From: Acidobacteriota bacterium
GTDB lineage: Bacteria > Acidobacteriota > Thermoanaerobaculia > Multivoradales > UBA5704
Reading direction: 5' to 3'
Assembly: GCA_040005235.1 (NCBI GenBank)
Contig: JBDTZG010000085.1
Location: forward strand, 1 to 18,523
Length of the DNA stretch: 18,523 bases
The position numbers were made by a program, and so were the translations under genes. Every line of letters begins with the position of its first letter. The stretch's first letter is position 1. Positions 1 through 6,678 of this stretch are shown here, in pieces. The notes under the pieces are model-generated. The model saw only the letters and a program-made list of their open reading frames with translations. It was not told the origin of the DNA and ran no database searches.

Positions 1-657
1 CCCGGCTTCCTGGTCAACCGCCTGTTGATGTTCTATTCGACCGAGGCGCTCTGGCTGCTCGACGAAGGGCGCCGGATGGAGGATCTCGACCGGGCGATGA
101 CCGATTGGGGAATGCCGCTCGGCCCGATCGAGCTGACCGACGAGGTGGGCCTGGACGTGGCGATCAAAGTCGCCCACATCCTTCACGAGGCGTTTTCCGA
201 GCGGCTGCCGCTGCCCGCCTGGATCGACAAGTTGTCGGGCGACGGCCGGCTCGGGGCGAAGAACCAGCGCGGCCTCTATCTGTATGAGAACAAGAAGCGC
301 ACCGGCCCCGACCCCGCCGTCTACGGCTTGCTCGGTCTGACTCCGAAAGCCGACAACGTGCGGCTCACGGACCTGTCGGAGCGGATGATTCTGCCGATGG
401 TGAACGAAGCGGCCCGCTGCCTCGACGAAGGGGTGGTCGCCGACGCCGGGCACCTCGACCTCGCGCTGATCTTCGGCACCGGATTTCCGCCGTTCCGCGG
501 CGGCCTCTGCCGCTGGGCCGACCAGGAAGGCCTCCCCCGCTTGATCGAGAAGCTCGAAAAGCTGGAGCGCGAGGTGGGTCCCCGGCATGCGCCGAGCCAA
601 GCGCTCCGCCGCTACGCCGAGGCGGGCGGCTTTTATCCGGGGACGAAAAAGCCCTAG
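1..657 (+). CDS. 3-hydroxyacyl-CoA dehydrogenase C-terminal domains, FadB/FadJ-type multifunctional beta-oxidation protein (5' truncated by window edge)
   Basis: Frame is open from base 1 (PGFLVNRLL...). Motifs GMPLGPIELTDEVGLDV, GRLGAKNQRGLY, MVNEAARCLDEGVV and LIFGTGFPPFRGG correspond to the duplicated 3HCDH C-terminal domains of FadB/FadJ. Confidence 0.93.
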   Translation, partial: PGFLVNRLLMFYSTEALWLLDEGRRMEDLDRAMTDWGMPLGPIELTDEVGLDVAIKVAHILHEAFSERLPLPAWIDKLSGDGRLGAKNQRGLYLYENKKRTGPDPAVYGLLGLTPKADNVRLTDLSERMILPMVNEAARCLDEGVVADAGHLDLALIFGTGFPPFRGGLCRWADQEGLPRLIEKLEKLEREVGPRHAPSQALRRYAEAGGFYPGTKKP

Positions 658-716
658 GGCGTCATCGGGGGAGGACGGGCCGGCGGGGGGCGATGACAGA
701 TTCCCCTTCCCATAAA

Positions 717-827
717 CCCAGGGCGTTGCCCTGGGCTAACGTGACGCGGCCCGTTGGGCCGCATGCGTCGCCGCAACGATGTAGGCCTGAAAGGCCGTCT
801 CCCGTTAGCCCAGGCTGGAGGCCTGGG
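717..827. repeat. REPIN-like element copy 1 (two inverted ~45 bp double-hairpin arms around a 20 bp spacer)
   Basis: Arm pattern CCCAGG-N7-CCTGGG-CTAACG...GGCC-N5-GGCC at 717-762, inverted at 784-827. Arms are near-identical to the reverse complement of 5597-5709 and similar to 8033-8163. Confidence 0.88.
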
Positions 828-910
828 ACGACGAATGGACCCGGGCCGCACGCACACCCTGGCCCACCGATTGCTACCTTCCGGGTCGAATGGCTAAAGG
901 AGACCTCCTC

Positions 911-2029
911 ATGCGCCGCTTCCTACCGCTTTTGCTCGTGCCGATCCTGGCAACCCTCGCCGTATCCGCCTTCGCAGCCGACGCGCCGCCCGCGGCCCAA
1001 TTCGAGGGCCGGGTCGATGTCCGCGAGGTTCTTTTGGACGTCCTGGTCACCGACCGCCAAGGCAACGTGATCGTCGGCCTGGAGCCCAAAGATTTCCGGG
1101 TGACGGAGAACGGTAAGCCGGTCGATCTCGCCGGGCTCTCGTTCTACAGCAACCGAAAGTTTCTCGGCTCGACGGCGGAGGCGGCGAAGAGAGCGATCGC
1201 CGCCGACGCGCCGCTTGAAAACCGCTACTTCATCCTGCTTTTCAATGACGTCCGAATGCTCGCGATCGACGCGCCTTCGCTGCTCAGCCAGCAGCTGCAG
1301 GCGGCGCGCAAGGCCCAAGAGTGGTTCAAGGGGCTGCTCCCGAACGACTGGGTGGCAGTCGCGACGTTCGACACCAAGCTCAAGATCCACACCGACTTTA
1401 CCCGCGATCGCCGGACGCTCGACGCCGCGATCGCCGAAGTCGTCGGAGGAAAGGACCCCGAGACCGAGTGGCCGTCGCGGGTCGGCAATGGGGCGACCGG
1501 CGCGTCGGCAGCCCCCTCGCTGCTCGCCCACCTGCCTCAGGGCAAGGCGTTGCGCGACAAGACCGTTGACATCTATGACGCGATGACCGTGCTCTCCAAT
1601 GCCGCCGAACCGATCACCGGGCGCAAGAACCTGCTGCTCTTCTCGATCGGTTTTGGCCGAATCAGCGAATTCGGTCAGTACCTGCCGGACACCCAGCACT
1701 ACAAGCCCGCCCAGCAGGCGCTGAACGACGCCAACGTCGCCGTCTACACGATCGACCTCTGGCCGGCGGGGACGGATCACACGCTTTCGAGCGGCTTGAA
1801 CCTGCTCGCTTCCGATACCGGCGGCACCTACCTGTTCAACTTCGTCAATTTCGCGACGCCGCTCCAGAAGATCCTGGAGGAGAACAACGGCTATTACCTG
1901 CTCGCCTACAAGAGCGAGCGGCCGGCCGGGGCCGAAGGTTTCCAGAAGGTCGAAGTGAAGCTCGTGAATCCGGAGTTCAAGGTCAAGGCCCGCGAGGGCT
2001 ACAGCTACGGCAAGCGCGGCGCTTCCTGA
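911..2029 (+). CDS. Secreted VWA-domain protein (acidobacterial VWFA-related family)
   Basis: AAGGAGA RBS precedes ATG 911 and there is an N-terminal signal peptide. Typical motifs: VLLDVLVTDRQGNVIVGLEPKDFRVTENG, GRKNLLLFSIG, ANVAVYTID, LASDTGG, YYLLAY, VKAREGY. Confidence 0.88.
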   Translation: MRRFLPLLLVPILATLAVSAFAADAPPAAQFEGRVDVREVLLDVLVTDRQGNVIVGLEPKDFRVTENGKPVDLAGLSFYSNRKFLGSTAEAAKRAIAADAPLENRYFILLFNDVRMLAIDAPSLLSQQLQAARKAQEWFKGLLPNDWVAVATFDTKLKIHTDFTRDRRTLDAAIAEVVGGKDPETEWPSRVGNGATGASAAPSLLAHLPQGKALRDKTVDIYDAMTVLSNAAEPITGRKNLLLFSIGFGRISEFGQYLPDTQHYKPAQQALNDANVAVYTIDLWPAGTDHTLSSGLNLLASDTGGTYLFNFVNFATPLQKILEENNGYYLLAYKSERPAGAEGFQKVEVKLVNPEFKVKAREGYSYGKRGAS

Positions 2030-2709
2030 GGCGCGTTTGGATCGGGCCGCTTCCTGATGAGCAGCGGCCCGACCTGGGTGACGAGCGTTCCCGCCGCGAA
2101 CAGGTTGGCCGCGAGCAGACCGAAGTTCGCAAGGCGCGTCGGGGCGCCGACCAGCACGAGGCCGAGCGGCACGTAGTACACCACCTTCGGCATGTGAACC
2201 CAGAAACCCGCGGCCGGCTCCGACTCGGAGCCGGCGCGGTCGATACGGTCGAGCAGCCCGAGCAGCAGGCTCGTGGACGACGACCAGACCGCGAACAGCG
2301 CACCGACCGGTCCGATCGCGCCGGCCAGCAAGGAGCCGGTGATCAGCGCGGCATAGGTGGCCGAATCGCAGAAATGATCGAGCCGCTTGCCGCGGTGGCT
2401 GCTCTGTCCGGAACGGCGGGCGACCGCCCCGTCCGCCATGTCGCAGCCGAGCGCGCCGAAAAACGCCGCGATCGCCCAGGCGGAACCGCGCGGGAAGGTT
2501 AGAACGAAGGCCAGCGCCGAGGCCGTCCCGAGCAGACTGACCGCCGCCGCCGGGATCTTCAGAGCGACCAACAGGGCGGCGATCGGAGCGAGCGCACGGT
2601 CCCGTCCGCGGCGGATCGAGAAATAGGCCCGCTCGTGCCAGACCCGCTGGTCGAAGGTTGACCGGGCGGGAGCCTCCGGCCGACAATCGCACGCCCGGTC
2701 CTCAACCAT
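2005..2709 (-). CDS. CDP-alcohol phosphatidyltransferase family membrane protein
   Basis: Signature DMADGAVARRSGQSSHRGKRLDHFCD (DxxDGxxAR...GxxxDxxxD) and several hydrophobic segments. Start is uncertain; the 3' end overlaps the VWA gene by 25 bp. Confidence 0.85.
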   Translation of the reverse strand: MVEDRACDCRPEAPARSTFDQRVWHERAYFSIRRGRDRALAPIAALLVALKIPAAAVSLLGTASALAFVLTFPRGSAWAIAAFFGALGCDMADGAVARRSGQSSHRGKRLDHFCDSATYAALITGSLLAGAIGPVGALFAVWSSSTSLLLGLLDRIDRAGSESEPAAGFWVHMPKVVYYVPLGLVLVGAPTRLANFGLLAANLFAAGTLVTQVGPLLIRKRPDPNAPQEAPRLP

Positions 2710-3406
2710 GAACGCTCAACTCGCGGTCCCGTCGCTGCACGCCGTCTCCCTCGCCGCGGAACCGATCGCGCGGTGGATCGCCGCGCTCGGGATCTGGGCA
2801 TATCCTGCCTTCATCCTCCTATTCGCGCTGGCCGCCGTGCTCGCCGTCCCGGCGACTCCGATGCTCGCCCTCGGTGCCTTGCTGTTCGGACTTAGGGGAG
2901 GCTTCTTCGCCAGCGTCGCCGGTGCGACTCTGGGCGCGACGCTCGCGTTCCTCGTCGCCCGGCGCGTCGGCCGCGCCAAAATCGAAGCGCGCCTGGCCAA
3001 GCATCCGCGCTGGCGCCAGATCGATGCCGATCTCGGTCGCCACGGGGCGGTGGCGGTTCTGCTGCTGCGGATTCTTCCCATCTTGCCGTTCAACGTACTC
3101 AATTATGTCTGCGGTCTGTCGTCGATTCGACTCCGCGACTATGTCGGGGCCACCGCATTCGGTATTCTTCCCGGAGCCTTCGTCTACGTGTACGCGGCCG
3201 CGACGCTCAAAGACTCAGGCGATCCGGGATTCTCCTGGACCCGCTTGGCACTCCCCGCGGCCCTGCTCGCGCTGTTCCTGGTCGCCTTGCCGCTGGCAGT
3301 GCGCGCCGCGGATCGCCGCGCCGGAGGGCATCTGCTTTCGCGGCTGTCGCGGCGGGCCCGGCGCTTCTCCGGCGGGCCGGTCGATGACGTCGTGGACAAA
3401 CCTTAG
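2708..3406 (+). CDS. TVP38/TMEM64 (DedA superfamily, VTT domain) membrane protein
   Basis: Motifs GALLFG, GATLGATLAFLVARRVGR, LLRILPILPFNVLNYVCGLSSIRLRDY and TAFGILPG. Confidence 0.92.
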   Translation: MNAQLAVPSLHAVSLAAEPIARWIAALGIWAYPAFILLFALAAVLAVPATPMLALGALLFGLRGGFFASVAGATLGATLAFLVARRVGRAKIEARLAKHPRWRQIDADLGRHGAVAVLLLRILPILPFNVLNYVCGLSSIRLRDYVGATAFGILPGAFVYVYAAATLKDSGDPGFSWTRLALPAALLALFLVALPLAVRAADRRAGGHLLSRLSRRARRFSGGPVDDVVDKP

Positions 3407-3415
3407 GAGGAGTCC

Positions 3416-4021
3416 GTGGAAATCGCCGTCCGCTGGAAAACCGCCCGAACCCCTTTCGCCCTTTTCTCCCTTCTGATCTTCTTGACCGTAACGACCGGCG
3501 GCTGCGCCAAGGGCAAAGCACCTCAAGAAGAAGCCGCCGCCGCCGCGAACGAGCAAAAGGAAATGCCGGAACACCCGCCGAAGCTCGAATGCCTGCTCAG
3601 CCCGCCGCGCCTGGCCACCCTCGGCAAGGCGGTCGAGCTTACATTCGTCCTGCGCAACACCGGACCCGCACCGGTCTGGGTGCTGCGCTGGCAGACGCCG
3701 CTCGAAGACCTGCGCGGCGACGTGCTGCAGATCGTCGGCCCGGACGGCAAACCGCTCGCCTATCAGGGTCCGATGGTGAAGCGCGGCGACCCGACTCCCG
3801 AAGAATACGTGCGTCTGGAATCGGGCGCCGCCGCCGAGCGGGTGGTCGACATCGCTGCCGCCTATCCCTTCGCGGCACCAGGAACCTACAGCGTAACGTT
3901 CAATCTGGGCCTGGCCGACGTGGCAGGCCGCGAAGGGGACGTACCGAGGCGCCGCGATCTGCTGCGGCCGTTCCCATTGAGCTGCGGCCCGGTCGATTTC
4001 CCGGTGGCGGCGGCGAAGTAG
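3416..4021 (+). CDS. Putative lipoprotein resembling the N-terminal prodomain of M35 (peptidyl-Lys/deuterolysin-like) metalloproteases, without a catalytic domain
   Basis: AGGAGG RBS before GTG 3416. Hydrophobic signal ends in TTGGC (lipobox-like). Motifs VLRWQTPLE, YQGPMVKRGDP, YVRLESG, VDIAAAY and PGTYSV are present; there is no HEXXH. Confidence 0.7.
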   Translation: MEIAVRWKTARTPFALFSLLIFLTVTTGGCAKGKAPQEEAAAAANEQKEMPEHPPKLECLLSPPRLATLGKAVELTFVLRNTGPAPVWVLRWQTPLEDLRGDVLQIVGPDGKPLAYQGPMVKRGDPTPEEYVRLESGAAAERVVDIAAAYPFAAPGTYSVTFNLGLADVAGREGDVPRRRDLLRPFPLSCGPVDFPVAAAK

Positions 4022-4044
4022 TAGGGGCGAGGCATGCCTCGCCT
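4021..4044 (+). repeat. GTAG-family REP-like palindrome, possible bidirectional terminator
   Basis: GTAG tetranucleotide followed by the perfect 18 bp palindrome GGCGAGGCATGCCTCGCC (4026-4043), located between convergent genes. Confidence 0.7.
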
Positions 4045-4056
4045 CACTTCGGCTTA

Positions 4057-4704
4057 CTAGAACGCGAAGATCAACCCCGCCGACGCCTCGCCCTGGTAGA
4101 GAGCCTGGTTGACCTCGCGGTCGTGGCGCCGGTCGTCATCGCGAAAGCGGGCGTCCAGGTCAGTCCAATAGCCGCGTCCTTCGAGGCGCAGTCCCAGATT
4201 GTGGTTGAAGAAGATCTTCACGCCGCCGCCCATAGAGGCAGAGGCGCGGTCTTCGGCCTCCAGGTCCGCGAACTTAGGGTCGATCCGGGTGACGCCGCCG
4301 GTCACCGAGATGAACGGCACGACCTGGCCGCCCCCCCATTCGTAGTAGATGCCGCCCTGGAGGTAGCTGATCTCGACGTCGCCGAGCCGCTCGGAGGGAT
4401 CGAACAGACCGGGATCGAGGGTGAACGCGCTCTGCTGCCGGTTGACCAGCGCTTCGAAGCCAAAACCGCTCTGGCCGAACGGGATGTCGACGATCACGCC
4501 GAACACGGAGCTCTTGTCGACCTCGACGTCCGCGTCGTTCAGAAAATCCCGGTTCGTCGCGGTGAGCTGGCCGCTGGTGCGATACCCCGCGGTCGGGGTG
4601 ATCTGGAACTGGCCCTGGGCGGAAGCGGCCCGGGCCGAGGTGAAAGCGCCCGCCGCGGCAAGCGAAAGTAGAGCGAGTCGGAGGGTGGGGACAGACTTGG
4701 TCAT
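4057..4704 (-). CDS. Outer-membrane beta-barrel protein (OmpA/PorT-like small barrel)
   Basis: Start at MTKSVPTLRL with AGGAGA RBS. Signal peptide ends in ASA-Q, followed by amphipathic strands (SMGGGVKIFF, LGLRLEGRGYW) and a C-terminal Phe (AGLIFAF). Confidence 0.85.
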   Translation of the reverse strand: MTKSVPTLRLALLSLAAAGAFTSARAASAQGQFQITPTAGYRTSGQLTATNRDFLNDADVEVDKSSVFGVIVDIPFGQSGFGFEALVNRQQSAFTLDPGLFDPSERLGDVEISYLQGGIYYEWGGGQVVPFISVTGGVTRIDPKFADLEAEDRASASMGGGVKIFFNHNLGLRLEGRGYWTDLDARFRDDDRRHDREVNQALYQGEASAGLIFAF

Positions 4705-4860
4705 GGAAGGTCTCCTGGAAGCGAATTCACCACTTGCGTTACGGTCCCTTTTGTACCACAGGCGTTTACGCCTTGCGCCGGGACATGTTTCGGGTAGCGG
4801 TTTGGTCAGCCTCCTCGCTCCTTCGCTCGCTTCGAGGCGCCCCCTGCTACCATGGCCCCC

Positions 4861-5202
4861 ATGCCGTCGAGTCCCGAACCGATCCTCACCGAAGCCCGCC
4901 GCCTGCCCGAATCGAACGCCCTGCGCCTCACCTGGAGCGACGGCCACGCCGCCGAATACCCCTACGACTACCTGCGCGGCTGGTGCCCCTGCGCGGCCTG
5001 CCAGGGGCATTCGAACCTGAAGATCCACTATCACCCTGCAGGGGTGCCGGTCACGGCCGGCAGCATCCAACCGGTCGGCAACTACGCGATCTCGATCGCC
5101 TGGTCCGACGGCCACGGCACGGGAATCTACCGCTACGGCTTCCTGCGTGATCTCTGCCCCTGCCCCGTTTGCGGCGGCCCGGGGGAGGCGATCGACGTTT
5201 AA
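4861..5202 (+). CDS. DUF971 / gamma-butyrobetaine hydroxylase-like N-terminal domain protein
   Basis: Motifs LTWSDGH, YLRGWCPCAACQGH and PVGNYAISIAWSDGHGTGIY..LRDLC. Alternative ATG at 4852. Confidence 0.92.
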   Translation: MPSSPEPILTEARRLPESNALRLTWSDGHAAEYPYDYLRGWCPCAACQGHSNLKIHYHPAGVPVTAGSIQPVGNYAISIAWSDGHGTGIYRYGFLRDLCPCPVCGGPGEAIDV

Positions 5203-5216
5203 GCGGCTGCCTTTGA

Positions 5217-5300
5217 GGTCGCGAATACGAGGAGAGATCATGAAGGACGAATACGACTTTTCGCAGGGTGAGCGGGGAAAATTCTACAGCCCGGACCCGC
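5217..5300 (+). pseudogene. Probable remnant of a BrnT/BrnA-like toxin-antitoxin junction
   Basis: REYEERS-stop overlaps ATG 5240 (ATGA). The following MKDEYDFSQGERGKFY resembles the N-terminus of BrnA/CopG-like antitoxins; the rest of both genes is missing. Confidence 0.5.
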
Positions 5301-5326
5301 TCGGGGCAGCGTATAATCTAAAGGCC

Positions 5327-5689
5327 ATGTCGCGATCCCTCGCCGAACAGATCGAATTCGTCGCCACCCACCAAAGGCGCCAGGAGGCGGAAGTACTGGC
5401 CGAAGCGCTGCGGGCGGGTCTCGCCGAGATCTATCAGGACGCGCTGGTTCAGGCGTTCCTCGCGGGAGAGGTTTCGCGCGCCTGGATGGTTGAAGAGGTG
5501 GGAGCGGACCGTCTGAACGAGATCGAGCAGCGGAGGGACGCATTCGAGAAGGATCTCGCCGGTGCGGCGTCGATCCTCGCGGCTCGGGCACACGAACCCA
5601 GGCCTCCGACCTGGGCTAACGGGAGACGGCCTTTCAGGCCTGAAACCTCGATTCGGAGCGCGGGCGGCCCAACGGGCCGCGTCACGTAA
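5327..5689 (+). CDS. Small helical hypothetical protein (antitoxin-like), C-terminus runs into a REPIN-like repeat
   Basis: MSRSLAEQIEF...DAFEKDL reads as a plausible helical protein. TATAAT at 5312-5317 lies 9 nt before the ATG. In frame with the upstream ATG 5240, which is an alternative start. Confidence 0.6.
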   Translation: MSRSLAEQIEFVATHQRRQEAEVLAEALRAGLAEIYQDALVQAFLAGEVSRAWMVEEVGADRLNEIEQRRDAFEKDLAGAASILAARAHEPRPPTWANGRRPFRPETSIRSAGGPTGRVT

Positions 5690-5709
5690 GCCCAGGGCAA
5701 CGCCCTGGG
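5597..5709. repeat. REPIN-like element copy 2
   Basis: Arms equal the reverse complement of the copy 1 arms with 3 differences; the 22 bp central spacer is unrelated. Confidence 0.88.
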
Positions 5710-5712
5710 ATC

Positions 5713-6087
5713 TCACCCCTTCGGCTCCGCCGCCTCGATCCTCGCCGGTTCCTTGGTGCTCCGGGCGCGGCGCCCGCGGTCTTCGGAGCGGACTCCGAAG
5801 ATCTCGAGCTGCGGATTGGAGAAGCCCATGTGGGCGCGAGCCAGAGCCGAGAGCCGGCGGATCGCCTGTTCGGCTTCCAGGTCGAGCTGGCGGCGGCGGA
5901 CGACCGCCTCTTTTCTTAGCCCTTCCAGGCGCTGAAGATCGGCCTGGGTCTCCCGCAGCTCGGCGACCGTCTGCCGGGCGAGCGCGTAGGTCTGGTCGCC
6001 GCCGGGAAGGTCCGGGAGCACTTCCTGAATGTTCTGGACCATGCTCTGCCACCGGTCCAGCCGAGCTGCGTACGATTTTTCGCCCAT
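5713..6087 (-). CDS. Hypothetical 124 aa alpha-helical/coiled-coil protein adjacent to the 21 bp periodic array
   Basis: GAAGGAGA RBS before ATG 6087. Long amphipathic helices are followed by GFSNPQLEIFGV and a basic tail. No family recognised. Confidence 0.8.
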   Translation of the reverse strand: MGEKSYAARLDRWQSMVQNIQEVLPDLPGGDQTYALARQTVAELRETQADLQRLEGLRKEAVVRRRQLDLEAEQAIRRLSALARAHMGFSNPQLEIFGVRSEDRGRRARSTKEPARIEAAEPKG

Positions 6088-6132
6088 CGGGTTCTCCTTC
6101 GCGTGGAACCGCGACCCCTTTTTTGTGGGGGG

Positions 6133-6141
6133 AGAATATCA
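6133..6141 (-). promoter_or_regulatory. Candidate extended -10 promoter (TGaTATTCT) for the 124 aa gene
   Basis: Minus-strand TG-n-TATTCT about 45 nt upstream of ATG 6087, at the edge of the array. Confidence 0.45.
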
Positions 6142-6153
6142 CACCAGGTTTCC

Positions 6154-6646
6154 GGAACGCTCCGGTAAAGCCGCGGATCGCTCCGCCTGTCGCACGGAAG
6201 ACTCCTGACTACCAGCGGAAGACTCCTCGGCTTTTCAGGAACATTCCGGTGATACCGAGGAACATTCCCGGGAAACCCAGGAGTGCTCCTTTCTACTCAC
6301 GGAATACTCCTGAGTCTCAGAGGAAGATTCCTGAGGTCTAGAGGAATCTTCCGTGTAAGCCTGGAAATGTTCCGGCGATTCAGCGGAACATTCCTGTGGC
6401 TCTCAAGACTTTTCCGGAGCTTCACAGGAACATTCCTCCGAATGCACGGAGTTTTCCGCATTGCTAGCGGAATGTTCCCTGGGGTGTCAGGAATGTTCCG
6501 GACGATCCTAGGAACGCTCCGCCGGCTGCCAGGAGGACTCCGGGGCATCTCCGGAACGTTCCTGCCTCTCACGGGATCTTTCCTGGGGATCAGCGGACTT
6601 TTCCGGTACCCCGGCGGAGCGATCCGCCGGATGGCCGGAGCGTCGT
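6154..6646. repeat. Periodic palindrome array: 23 x GGA-N4-TCC at exact 21 bp period with unique 11 bp spacers, plus a degenerate terminal unit
   Basis: Motif starts at 6154, 6175, 6196 ... 6595, 6616 with no indel. 21 of 23 units match GGA-N4-TCC exactly (6364 has GAA, 6406 has AGA). A degenerate unit follows at 6637. Confidence 0.95.
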
Positions 6647-6678
6647 TTGGGCGCTGCTCGGTCCGGGACGCGAGCGGG

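Noticed and set aside
661-697. GTCATCG...CGATGAC inverted repeat with a G-rich loop after the dehydrogenase gene
   Set aside because: Only a 7 bp stem with a 23 nt loop and no U tract; too weak to call a terminator or G-quadruplex element.
923-2692. 589 aa minus-strand ORF and other long antisense ORFs (8117-9766, 10900-12177, 15416-16768, 3589-4671)
   Set aside because: Shadow ORFs of well-supported genes, expected in high-GC DNA, with Arg/Pro/Ala-rich non-domain sequence.
4705-5241. N-terminal extension of the beta-barrel ORF to 394 aa
   Set aside because: It overlaps the DUF971 gene in antisense; the RBS and signal peptide place the start at 4704.
5570-5745. 11 bp direct repeat TCGATCCTCGC flanking REPIN copy 2, as a possible target-site duplication
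   Set aside because: The copies are not adjacent to the element ends, the second is inside the 124 aa coding sequence, and the other REPIN copies show no such duplication.
6154-6646. CRISPR array or TIGR-like guide array interpretation of the periodic repeat
   Set aside because: The 10 bp repeat with a variable core and 11 bp spacers are far too short for CRISPR. The unit length does not match 36-nt dual-repeat TIGR units, and no cas or Nop-domain gene is in the window.
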